The notes under the pieces are model-generated. The model was not told the origin of the DNA. It made no database searches and worked only from the letters and a program-made list of their open reading frames with translations. The translations under genes and the position numbers were made by a program. 64,000 nt of DNA from a virus (taxonomy: Duplodnaviria > Caudoviricetes). Shown here piece after piece: positions 1-8,529 of the stretch (positions within the stretch are counted from its first letter, which is position 1; every line of letters begins with the position of its first letter). The stretch spans positions 6,845 to 70,844 of the IMG/VR virus record IMGVR_UViG_3300021255_001555; one strand, given 5' to 3'.

Positions 1-465
1 CTGTTCTGTTCCCTTGTTTTTACCGCGTGTTGGAATGTATTTCTTCCACACACTGTGGTATCCCAGTGCCTTTGCAATGCGGAAAGCACCGAAGAACTTC
101 CAGTCATACAGTGTTTTATTCGCACAATCATACGCATCAAACTGTCCTGATGTAATGTCATCCTCAAGTCTTACCTCTGCTAACCAACCGTTAGGCTGAT
201 GTTCTTCAAAGGCTTTATGACTGTTAGTTCCAATCATACTTGCAGTAACACCCATTGGATCAATGTAGTAGTCATTGACTATCTCAAGGTAAGCAGGAAG
301 TGTAGGCTTAATAAGCTGTGTAACACTAGGCTTACCTCGCCATGGTCTTGTATCTCCTGCGGATAACCTTGCAGGTAATGCCATACACTGGTGGTCACAT
401 CCTGCAAAGCATTGTTTAAACGATACAGTGTCACCGTTTGGACACTTAAATCCTATCGCTGGCAT
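1..465 (-). CDS. PD-(D/E)XK (RecB/Cas4-like) nuclease, runs off the window edge
   Basis: Not in the ORF track. ATG at 465 after AGGAGGA; translation MPAIGFKCPNG...PSVTQL...GTNSHKAFE...SGQFDAYD...LYDWKF, with Cys residues at the N-terminus and D..D.K catalytic spacing. Confidence 0.7.
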   Translation of the reverse strand, partial: MPAIGFKCPNGDTVSFKQCFAGCDHQCMALPARLSAGDTRPWRGKPSVTQLIKPTLPAYLEIVNDYYIDPMGVTASMIGTNSHKAFEEHQPNGWLAEVRLEDDITSGQFDAYDCANKTLYDWKFFGAFRIAKALGYHSVWKKYIPTRGKNKGTEQ

Positions 466-557
466 TTTTATCCTCCTCGCTAACAAATTCTCATAAACGA
501 TAACAATATGAACAAAGAGAAACAGGGTGTTACCACCCTGCTAACACTTTCTCTTAT

Positions 558-586
558 ATGATAACACAGGTGTATAAATTACTCAA
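558..586 (-). promoter_or_regulatory. sigma-A-type promoter for the nuclease gene
   Basis: TTGAGT-17 nt-TATCAT with TGTGT immediately before the -10. Confidence 0.6.
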
Positions 587-809
587 CTTCGAGTTTCGCA
601 AAAATCTTCAGAATATCTTTAACCTCAACATCTAAATCTTTTGCTATCATCTGAGTCGTATGATAAAGCGATGCCAATACACTATTTGAATCGCCCTTCA
701 CACTTACACTAACGTTACCTGGGTCATCTGTTGTTACTACCGCTAAGATTGCAGTGGTTACTTTATCGCTTTCCATTGCATCTTTAATGCCTTCTTCAAT
801 GTAGTCCAT
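579..809 (-). CDS. small hypothetical protein (paralog family member A)
   Basis: RBS AGGAGG before ATG 809 (MDYIEEG...); similar to the ORFs at 3823 and 4085. Confidence 0.75.
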   Translation of the reverse strand: MDYIEEGIKDAMESDKVTTAILAVVTTDDPGNVSVSVKGDSNSVLASLYHTTQMIAKDLDVEVKDILKIFAKLEVE

Positions 810-819
810 TGTATTCCTC

Positions 820-2799
820 CTATAATTTCTCATGTAACCTACTGGTTGCAGGGTCATACTCAAGTTTAAAGATTGTATTAGCATTGCGAACCTCACGAGC
901 CTTGGTAATCTTTAAAACCGTGTCATACTTCTGTTCTTCACGCTCTATCGGTGACAACCCTGCATTTAACGCAGGTCTCCAAATGAGTATAATGTAGTCC
1001 GCAGAATTACCGATTGCACCAGAACCCATAAGGTCAGCTTGGTTTGGCTCATGGAAGTTACCATTACCTTCCTTGGATTGACTAGCTTTGCGTAGCTGAC
1101 TAAGCATTACTAAGGTCACACCCATCTTTTTCGCAAAGGCTTTCATCTGTCTTGCAGTGACATCCTGTTCTTCAATCGTGCTGACATTCTTCATGTACTG
1201 AAAGTAATCGACAGCAACAATATCAATCGGGATATCTTTGTTCTGCATGAGTCGAACATAGTCTTCCATGTTCTCAAAGGTAAGACTGTTCTTATCAATG
1301 ATGAACAGGTTCTTACGCAGCTTATCAGTGATAAGGTTGTAGGTCTCAGGGTGTTCTTTGATATACTGTAGAACTGTATGTCTAGGCACTTGAACCACCT
1401 TGGCAACAATGACCTTCATAATGTCCTCTACTGGCATTTCCATGGAGAAGAATAGTACCTTCTTGTTCTCCACGATACACCAGTGTAAAATCCACTCAGT
1501 TAGTAGGTCCGTCTTGCCACTGAATGAATAAGCTCCAAGAACTACAACGTCTTTCTTCGCAAACCGTATGGTCTCATCGATGTTCGTAAGACCAGTGCCA
1601 AACTTTTCTTCTTCCTGCTTATTCTGTAGCTTCATATAAGCAGCATCAATAGATACCACGTCTTGCAATTTTTCTTCCGCAGTATCGTTCTTGACATTCA
1701 ACAGTTCACGCACAAGGCTAACATCACGATTCCATGCTTTAGCAAGGTATTCTGCAATGTCTGCACGGACCATTGGGTTTCGTACAGTACCCATAAACTC
1801 CATAATGTTCTTCTCTTGAACATCACGGTCAGGTTCGGAGTTAACCATCTGCTTGACACAGTACAGATCAATGGACTCATAAGTACAATCCTTGGCTATA
1901 TCCTTGCCACCCACTACCATATCATTGAAGTCCTTGTATCCGTCTGGGATAATCGCAACTTTTACAATGATATTCGGTGCTTGTTTACGGAACAAATCGC
2001 GAGCACGTAGAACAAACTTACTTGCCTTGCCGTCATTGTCTGGGCAAAGAACAACCTTTGCTTTCATAGGAGTTACAATGTCCTTAATCTTTTCGATGTG
2101 CGACTTACCTACTGATATCCCACAGTAAGCAACACAACAGTTTTCCTGTTGAATTGCAGAGATAGCATCAAGAGCACCTTCGCAAAGCATGAGTGTCTTT
2201 GTATGCCGCAGAAACTTTTGTGCCTGTGGAAGCCCAAAGAGAAACTCACCTTTAACAAAGAGACCATCAATGTTCTTACTATTCTTATACTTAGGCATCC
2301 TATCGAAGAATCTGTATAAGAACGCTACCGTGCGACCCCATTCGTCTTGCATTGGAATAGACAGGGCTGACAGTTTATCGCTGTAGCCCAAGCCAAATGT
2401 CTTAATACTTTCATCGGTTATCCCACGCTTATGCAAGTAATCTATAATGGTTGGCAACTGTCTTTGCATTGATTTTGCCCACATAGCATTGCGTTTTACA
2501 ATATCTACTTGCTGACGATACTCCTCGCTGTCATCCAGTGTAATACCAAAGTCATCACATAACTGGTGTACTGCATAGTCAAAAGTAACACTGTCACGCT
2601 CCATGACAAAGTTAATGATATTGCCACGAGAACCACATGAGAAGCAGTAATAAGTATTACTGTCAGGAAAGATAACAAAGGATGTAGGGTTATCACCATG
2701 ATGTATAGGGCATTGACAACGGTATGTTCCATCGCTTGCCAATTGAGCATCAGGGATATACTCAACTAAAGACTTGTGTAACAGTGTATCAATGTTCAT
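820..2799 (-). CDS. DNA primase-helicase fusion (CHC2 zinc finger + TOPRIM + DnaB-like helicase)
   Basis: CQCPIH...CFSC zinc finger; TOPRIM CEGALD and CPDND; Walker A GAYSFSGKT; VAVDYFQ; LSQL; GSGAIGNSADY. Confidence 0.93.
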   Translation of the reverse strand: MNIDTLLHKSLVEYIPDAQLASDGTYRCQCPIHHGDNPTSFVIFPDSNTYYCFSCGSRGNIINFVMERDSVTFDYAVHQLCDDFGITLDDSEEYRQQVDIVKRNAMWAKSMQRQLPTIIDYLHKRGITDESIKTFGLGYSDKLSALSIPMQDEWGRTVAFLYRFFDRMPKYKNSKNIDGLFVKGEFLFGLPQAQKFLRHTKTLMLCEGALDAISAIQQENCCVAYCGISVGKSHIEKIKDIVTPMKAKVVLCPDNDGKASKFVLRARDLFRKQAPNIIVKVAIIPDGYKDFNDMVVGGKDIAKDCTYESIDLYCVKQMVNSEPDRDVQEKNIMEFMGTVRNPMVRADIAEYLAKAWNRDVSLVRELLNVKNDTAEEKLQDVVSIDAAYMKLQNKQEEEKFGTGLTNIDETIRFAKKDVVVLGAYSFSGKTDLLTEWILHWCIVENKKVLFFSMEMPVEDIMKVIVAKVVQVPRHTVLQYIKEHPETYNLITDKLRKNLFIIDKNSLTFENMEDYVRLMQNKDIPIDIVAVDYFQYMKNVSTIEEQDVTARQMKAFAKKMGVTLVMLSQLRKASQSKEGNGNFHEPNQADLMGSGAIGNSADYIILIWRPALNAGLSPIEREEQKYDTVLKITKAREVRNANTIFKLEYDPATSRLHEKL

Positions 2800-2801
2800 A
2801 A

Positions 2802-3872
2802 TTACTCCTCGTACTTCAATAAGAACTTAGGGTTAATAACCTTGAAGGACAATCGCCCACCAACGAACCTATGGTCTGGCACGATAATGTTTTCATACGG
2901 GCGAATAACAATGCCTTCACGCTGTACGTTCTTATTAATTTCAGACTTACCAACAGATAACTCAACGAGTCTATCTACGTCATCTGTAAGTTTAATACTA
3001 TCAACCAAAGGGACTGTAGGAATATCTAAGCTACGACATATAGTCCGCATTTCAGCAGGTGGTACATAGCCCCCGTCCTTGTTAATCATATTGAATACAT
3101 AGATTCTATAGTCATCAAGTTTATACTTATTGCCCTGAATCTTAGGTCCAATAATCTCGCCCTGAAAGACAGTGTTAAACGGTACAAACTTCATGGAATC
3201 ATAGAACTTCATAGCAGTCACATACATGATATCCTTTTCGTCAAGGATTTCCTTGTTCCGACTGCATACATGGAGTTTACGCTTCTTGTCTACCCAGAAT
3301 GTTACAGAAGAACCGTCGAGCTTTTCAGTGACATCACATACAGTTCCCTTATATACACTAAGGACATCCTGTAATACCTGCACACGGGTCTCGTCGGTCT
3401 TGTTAATCCAAGAAGGGAACTCTGCTCTCAGTGGTTTGTAGATAAACTTACGCCAGAACCAACGACCAATGCGGAATCTCATGTACCACTTATTGTTCTT
3501 AGGTTCTTTCACTACATACCAAGGGTCAGCCTGTGGTTCCCATTTCTTAGCACCGAGAAATTCAGTAACATCATCGCCTTCACCAAATGGCTTATCATAA
3601 CCTTCAAGTATACACAGTGGGAAAGCAATACCCTGTGATATCTGACCACGCAATTTCTTTGTGCGAATACGCTTACCTTCAAGGAAAGCAAAGTATTTAT
3701 TGTCAGCAGGGAAGATAGTATCAATCTCACCGTACACACAAAGGTCGCCTTCCTTGAACTCACCCTTCTTGACTACAACGTGCCAGCCAAGAATATCTGC
3801 TACTTCAATGTTATCAGCGTTTTCAATGGAACGAACCGCCTTCACTCTCTGAATCGTCACTAGCTGTCTCAT
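2802..3872 (-). CDS. ATP-dependent RNA ligase (DRB0094-like family)
   Basis: N-terminal MRQLVTIQ...ADNIEVA...GWHVVVKKGEF...GEIDT domain; adenylylation motif VTEKLDGSS; FQGE; REGIV; SFKVINPKFL. Confidence 0.9.
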   Translation of the reverse strand: MRQLVTIQRVKAVRSIENADNIEVADILGWHVVVKKGEFKEGDLCVYGEIDTIFPADNKYFAFLEGKRIRTKKLRGQISQGIAFPLCILEGYDKPFGEGDDVTEFLGAKKWEPQADPWYVVKEPKNNKWYMRFRIGRWFWRKFIYKPLRAEFPSWINKTDETRVQVLQDVLSVYKGTVCDVTEKLDGSSVTFWVDKKRKLHVCSRNKEILDEKDIMYVTAMKFYDSMKFVPFNTVFQGEIIGPKIQGNKYKLDDYRIYVFNMINKDGGYVPPAEMRTICRSLDIPTVPLVDSIKLTDDVDRLVELSVGKSEINKNVQREGIVIRPYENIIVPDHRFVGGRLSFKVINPKFLLKYEE

Positions 3873-4095
3873 CGTTATCCTCCTCAACAAGTCCGCTAAG
3901 CATAAGTATAATGAACTTTGGATTGACATCCTTATCCTTTGCCATTGCCTTAATCACTTCTGCAAGTAAGGATAATGTCTGCACACCATTACCTTTTACA
4001 ATGGTACATACCTCATTGTTATCGTTATATACAACGTTAGCTACAATTGCATCTGCATTATCTGCAATAAATTCCAGTGCTTCTTTAGTCTTCAT
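3823..4095 (-). CDS. small hypothetical protein (paralog family member B)
   Basis: ORF in the operon; similar to 579 and 4085. Confidence 0.7.
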   Translation of the reverse strand: MKTKEALEFIADNADAIVANVVYNDNNEVCTIVKGNGVQTLSLLAEVIKAMAKDKDVNPKFIILMLSGLVEEDNDETASDDSESEGGSFH

Positions 4096-4327
4096 TGTTT
4101 TCCTCCTTGTCGTGCATGATTTTAGTGATAATCAAAAGTAACTCAACTACACTTACATCGAACCTCTCTGCCAGAGACTCAATGAGAGCACAAGTTAATG
4201 CCAATAAGTTATCTCCTTTACCGTGAATGTAAACACCTGCATTACCCTCGTTATCAAGTGTTGTAGCGGTAAAAGCCTTTGCATTCTCAATAGAGTCAGC
4301 AAGTTCCTTAAGATCTTCCTTAGCCAT
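4085..4327 (-). CDS. small hypothetical protein (paralog family member C)
   Basis: ORF in the operon; similar to 579 and 3823. Confidence 0.7.
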   Translation of the reverse strand: MAKEDLKELADSIENAKAFTATTLDNEGNAGVYIHGKGDNLLALTCALIESLAERFDVSVVELLLIITKIMHDKEENNED

Positions 4328-4566
4328 TATGCTTTCCCCTTTCGTAAATTCCTATCCATTAAATCAATATCAACGAACTCTCCAGAACTCATCCAAGTCT
4401 GAAGATTAAACAATAACTCGGCAGGTTTGTCGCTACCTATTACCCAGTATTCCTTGTCCTTGAAGTGAATAACCAATGTTGAGTTATGAGTAACCATGTC
4501 AACAACATCAGATACCCACCGGGAATGGACACGTTTACTGTTATCTGTGTAAGAAATCATCTTCAT
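4327..4566 (-). CDS. hypothetical protein
   Basis: ORF abutting both neighbours in a tight operon. Confidence 0.65.
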   Translation of the reverse strand: MKMISYTDNSKRVHSRWVSDVVDMVTHNSTLVIHFKDKEYWVIGSDKPAELLFNLQTWMSSGEFVDIDLMDRNLRKGKA

Positions 4567-5003
4567 TAATCCAAAACCTCCACAGTTAAATATTGTCTGC
4601 CATTAGCAAACGCTTCTTCCTTTGTGTTACAAAAGATATCAACGCGGTCAGTGTATCCACCGCCGAATCTATCTTCTACAACATACTCGTTTCCGTTAAT
4701 GCGTAAGCGAGTTCCAAGGGGAAGGTGGTCAGCAGCCACGGTTCTTCCTGCGACTGCTACCTTACCACTTGCTGTAATACCACTATCACTACCGCACTCA
4801 TCCACTGAAGCGGTGTACCACGATACGTTAGCAACGAATGTCTGTGATACATTCACTGACTCCTCTACGGGTTTCTGTGTAACTACAGTTTCTACGTCTT
4901 GCGGTGGTAATAACAAATTATCATCTACGATAACACTTGGGGTTAAAAAATTACTCACTATCGGCATCAACAGAAGCATCATCGCTACTATTCTTTGCCG
5001 CAC
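4566..5003 (-). CDS. membrane-anchored 3D-domain protein (lytic transglycosylase-like)
   Basis: YTAS...GITASG...TVAAD..LPLGT...VEDRFGG...VDIF 3D-domain pattern; hydrophobic N-terminus; GTG 5003 after AGGAGG. Confidence 0.85.
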   Translation of the reverse strand: MRQRIVAMMLLLMPIVSNFLTPSVIVDDNLLLPPQDVETVVTQKPVEESVNVSQTFVANVSWYTASVDECGSDSGITASGKVAVAGRTVAADHLPLGTRLRINGNEYVVEDRFGGGYTDRVDIFCNTKEEAFANGRQYLTVEVLD

Positions 5004-5107
5004 TACGTTTCCTCCTATGTTCCTCTGCTTCAGCCTTGGCTTTGGCATCGAGCTTCTTGTAATAATCCTTAAGTTTTACATAAGGTACATTCTTGAAGTC
5101 TTTCATT

Positions 5108-5398
5108 TTATTTCTCCTTCAATAACTCAAGATAATTAACACTGGAAGACTGTGTAATCTTCGTTACTTGTGACTCCGTATTCCACAGTCTAGCCTTGTT
5201 ATACAATTCCTTCATTGACATATTGTGCTTCCCTTCAAGAGTACACATATATTCGTGAAGGAGGTCCATGGTCTCCTCGCTTTGCTTCTTAAAGAAACCA
5301 TAGACCGCCCAAAAATTTTGCTTCCATGCCTTACCTGTAACAGCAAGGTATTGTTTAGCCAGTGCGTGAGGCTTATTCGTTGTCTCCCACAATATCAC
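5108..5398 (-). CDS. hypothetical protein
   Basis: ORF in the operon, GAGGAG upstream of GTG. Confidence 0.6.
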   Translation of the reverse strand: MILWETTNKPHALAKQYLAVTGKAWKQNFWAVYGFFKKQSEETMDLLHEYMCTLEGKHNMSMKELYNKARLWNTESQVTKITQSSSVNYLELLKEK

Positions 5399-5530
5399 AC
5401 AACTCCTCTACACAGTCATTTAAGTTGCTCTGTAAAACAAAGAGTCCAGGATTATCACCTGCTGTGGCAGCAAGTAAATCACTGACACCTTCGAGCTTTA
5501 ACAGAACATCCTTAATGTGAGCCTTGTTCA

Positions 5531-6124
5531 TCATACAGGAATCTCCTCCTCGTCCATAGCGGCGAAGTCATCGATTTCTACGCCAAACTCAGAGAAGTCA
5601 TCGGAACCACCGTACTCAATGAGCTTGTCTACCGCAACCTTATCGATATACAGGTTCATGCCGTTTGATTCCTTGGTCATCCAATATACGGAAGGGGTAA
5701 ATGCAATACGCATCTCGGAACCATTGGAAATCTGTACATCATGTGGAATCTTACGCTTGGTCTGTACATTAACCATTGGGATAAAACGCTGTACTTCCTC
5801 GCCAGTATTCTTATCAGTGTAGAAAGCAGTGGTCTGGAACTTAAAACTGATAGTGCCATCGTCCAACTCATCGTAACCACAACGGTCATTACCTGCTCTC
5901 CACTTCTTATCAGCGAACTCAGGGAGTTCCTTTGCAGAAGCGAAGGTGTCATCACACCACTTCTTGAACTTTGCTTCGGTGTTCTTGTCATCGAATACAA
6001 TGTTAACAGTGTACTTACGCTTGCCTTCATACTCATCGATGCGAGAGTTAATCTTGCACCACATTGCCTTGCCACCCTTTGGGGATACTGAACTTGTAAG
6101 AGTCTTACTGATAACTTTTGCCAT
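5531..6124 (-). CDS. ssb: single-stranded DNA-binding protein, T7 gp2.5-like
   Basis: DDGTISFKFQTTAFYTDKNTGE and ISNGSEMRIAF resemble gp2.5 segments; acidic C-terminal tail. Confidence 0.8.
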   Translation of the reverse strand: MAKVISKTLTSSVSPKGGKAMWCKINSRIDEYEGKRKYTVNIVFDDKNTEAKFKKWCDDTFASAKELPEFADKKWRAGNDRCGYDELDDGTISFKFQTTAFYTDKNTGEEVQRFIPMVNVQTKRKIPHDVQISNGSEMRIAFTPSVYWMTKESNGMNLYIDKVAVDKLIEYGGSDDFSEFGVEIDDFAAMDEEEIPV

Positions 6125-6246
6125 ATTGATATGGACCTCCTTTTAAAAAATAATACATTGTGGATGTCAGTACACTATTTGTGTGATATAATAAATGTAC
6201 TAACCTCGGCTTATTAAATATGCTAACAACTTGTTATCATGTATAT

Positions 6247-6275
6247 AAGATAACACAGTGTTATTATATTTGCAA
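6247..6275 (-). promoter_or_regulatory. sigma-A-type promoter of the SSB/replication operon with a palindromic operator
   Basis: TTGCAA-17-TATCTT; perfect palindrome ATAACAC-A-GTGTTAT at 6250-6264 between the -35 and -10; related palindrome at 6223-6237. Confidence 0.7.
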
Positions 6276-6309
6276 ACATTAATTCAACTTTTTTAGGAAG
6301 GTGATTTTT

Positions 6310-6615
6310 ATGGGCAACAACATTGCTCAATTAAGAGAGAAACGACAAGTATCACTACGTGAAGTAAGCGATGAAACAGGTATTGCTTACCCTACCATCT
6401 GTCGTATTGAACAAGGTCGTGATCCAATGTGGTCAACCATCGTAAAACTAGCTGACTACTTTAACGTATCCGCTGATTATCTTATGGGTAGAGATTCTAC
6501 CAAGGTAATCATGGAAAGAGGTGAATTTACCTCTGAAGAAATTGAACTTGCCTGTAGGCTTATCCGAGAGATTCGTAAGGGAGTCCAAGATACTCCGCAA
6601 ACAAACGAGGGCTAA
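6310..6615 (+). CDS. XRE-family HTH regulator (repressor 1)
   Basis: IAQLREKRQVSLREVSDETGIAYPTICRIEQG...LADYFNVSADYLMGR. Confidence 0.9.
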   Translation: MGNNIAQLREKRQVSLREVSDETGIAYPTICRIEQGRDPMWSTIVKLADYFNVSADYLMGRDSTKVIMERGEFTSEEIELACRLIREIRKGVQDTPQTNEG

Positions 6616-6745
6616 TGAAGTAACTCCATCGCTTGTTATGTTTTATCGCAGTCCCAAACGGGAAAGCCTTGTTTCTCAATCCTGCTCTAACGAACTCCTT
6701 GCTCTTACCCATGAGTTCTGCTGCTTTCTCGATTGTTATAACCAT
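6560..6745 (-). CDS. small HTH DNA-binding protein (excisionase/Cro-like)
   Basis: ITIEKAAELMGKSKEFVRAGL...FPFG...YFISP; has an RBS and its own promoter; located next to the integrase. Confidence 0.7.
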   Translation of the reverse strand: MVITIEKAAELMGKSKEFVRAGLRNKAFPFGTAIKHNKRWSYFISPRLFAEYLGLPYESLG

Positions 6746-6798
6746 TCTTAACACCTCTTTTCCACACCAAATGTGTTTAAAACCAACTTACAGTGCTT

Positions 6799-6828
6799 AT
6801 GATAACACAAGCTGTGTTTTCGTGTCAA
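6799..6828 (-). promoter_or_regulatory. sigma-A-type promoter for the Xis/Cro-like gene
   Basis: TTGACA-18-TATCAT with TGTGT before the -10. Confidence 0.7.
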
Positions 6829-6876
6829 CACTATTTGTGTGATTTTTTTGACTTTTTATTTTTTGGAGGGATTGAT

Positions 6877-7371
6877 ATGAATAATATAAAAGAAGCAAGG
6901 CTATCCAGAGGTATGTCGCAAGCTGAGTTAGCTAAGGCGGTAGGGGTATCTCCGTCCGCCATTGGTATGATAGAACGAGGAGAAAGAGAACCATCATTAA
7001 AGGTTCTTAAAAGACTCAAGAAAGCTCTTGGGTATGGCACGGAATATCTACTTGGACATCCTCTTAGTGAACTAAGAAAAACTAAGAATATCATTTTGTC
7101 TCTTGAAGACTTTATGGAATACCTAGAATACAAAGTAGGTCAATCTGAGCCTAAAGAAAAACATAAGGACACAATCAGTTCATCCGAGAGCACTCCACCA
7201 CTCTTTAAGTTGTTAATGATGGATGACCCTAAGTTAGCAGAGATAGTCAATACTACCACTATTGTCGGTGAACACGATGTAATGTCTCACGGTAAACTCA
7301 TTTCAATTTCCCCTGCTAAGCTAGAACTATTCCACGCAGCTCTCAAAGCTATCCTTGAAATAGGAGGGTGA
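6877..7371 (+). CDS. XRE-family HTH regulator (CI-like repressor 2)
   Basis: IKEARLSRGMSQAELAKAVGVSPSAIGMIERGEREPSL; GGAGGG RBS. Confidence 0.9.
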   Translation: MNNIKEARLSRGMSQAELAKAVGVSPSAIGMIERGEREPSLKVLKRLKKALGYGTEYLLGHPLSELRKTKNIILSLEDFMEYLEYKVGQSEPKEKHKDTISSSESTPPLFKLLMMDDPKLAEIVNTTTIVGEHDVMSHGKLISISPAKLELFHAALKAILEIGG

Positions 7372-7376
7372 TTACC

Positions 7377-8354
7377 ATGAAGCTACCTAATGGCTACGGA
7401 AGTGTATATAAACTCAAAGGTAAACGACGTAAACCATTTACAGCAGTAGTAACCACTGGTAAAACCAAGGAAGGCAAGATAATCCGTAAGACACTGGGGT
7501 ACTATGCTACCCGTGAAGAAGGACTGGATGCTCTTGCTTTATATAGGAAAGCACCTGTTGAAGCGGAGAATCAACAGCTTACAGTAAGCAAGGTTATTAA
7601 ATTATTCATTGAATACAGGAATAAAATCAACAAGCCAATAGCGAGAAATTATCTTATGGGATTACGCAGAATAAAGAAGATTGGCAACATGGCTATTCTT
7701 GATGTACGCACTAGACATCTACAGGAAATAATTAATGAGATAAACAATCTTCCTTCAGCGTGTATAATCACAAAATCCTCCATGACAATGCTCTTTAAAT
7801 ATGCAATCATGGAGGATTACGCTAAAACAAATTATGCAAGCTATGTGGTTATCCCAGAGAAAAAACAGTCAACAAAGCATAAGCCGTTTACACATAAAGA
7901 AATTGACGCACTATGGAAACGTACTGATGTTTATGCTGTCCGTATTGCTTTAATCCTAATATACACTGGGATGAGAGCAGGAGAACTGTGTGCTTTAAAG
8001 AAAAGCAATATACATCTCAAGGAAAGATACATGATAGGCGGCTTAAAAACCAAGGCAGGTATAGACCGTACCATACCTATTGCAGAAAAAATTGTACCGC
8101 TCCTTAAGCTCAATGATCCGCTACCAGATTCAACGCAAAGCATTTACTTTATGTGGAATAAGTCGGAAGTCCCTGAACTACGACATCACCTACCGCATGA
8201 CGGTAGGCATACTTGCGAGACGTTACTGCATAATGCAGGGGTAAACGATAGAATCATTCAGCTTATCATAGGACATACAGGGAGAAATATTGATGAAACC
8301 GTTTACATCCATAAAACCAATGAACAATTAATTGAAGCTATCAATAAAATTTGA
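7377..8354 (+). CDS. int: phage tyrosine integrase
   Basis: N-terminal KLPNGYGSVYKL arm domain; YTGMRAGEL, KT, HDGRHT, GH and terminal Y catalytic residues. Confidence 0.93.
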   Translation: MKLPNGYGSVYKLKGKRRKPFTAVVTTGKTKEGKIIRKTLGYYATREEGLDALALYRKAPVEAENQQLTVSKVIKLFIEYRNKINKPIARNYLMGLRRIKKIGNMAILDVRTRHLQEIINEINNLPSACIITKSSMTMLFKYAIMEDYAKTNYASYVVIPEKKQSTKHKPFTHKEIDALWKRTDVYAVRIALILIYTGMRAGELCALKKSNIHLKERYMIGGLKTKAGIDRTIPIAEKIVPLLKLNDPLPDSTQSIYFMWNKSEVPELRHHLPHDGRHTCETLLHNAGVNDRIIQLIIGHTGRNIDETVYIHKTNEQLIEAINKI

Positions 8355-8525
8355 TAGTAACTTGCTAGTAACATAAACATTCTTATCATTTCTAAAACCA
8401 GCAAACCCCTGTAAATACTGTGAAGAACCGCAGTAGTACAGGGGTCGTTTAATATATAATACATAACACGAAAATCAAGTAATACCAAGGTTTTAAGCTA
8501 TCTTTGTTAGTAACGTGTTAGTAAT
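8355..8525. other. attP-like site
   Basis: Directly after int; two pairs of TAGTAA(C/T) direct repeats with 11-bp period (8355/8366 and 8508/8519) flank an AT-rich core and a hairpin (ACCCCTGTA 8405...TACAGGGGT 8445). Confidence 0.7.
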
Positions 8526-8529
8526 GTGT

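Noticed and set aside
1-465. Cas4-like nuclease as evidence of a CRISPR system
   Set aside because: No repeat-spacer array or other cas genes in the window; such nucleases are common in phage replication modules
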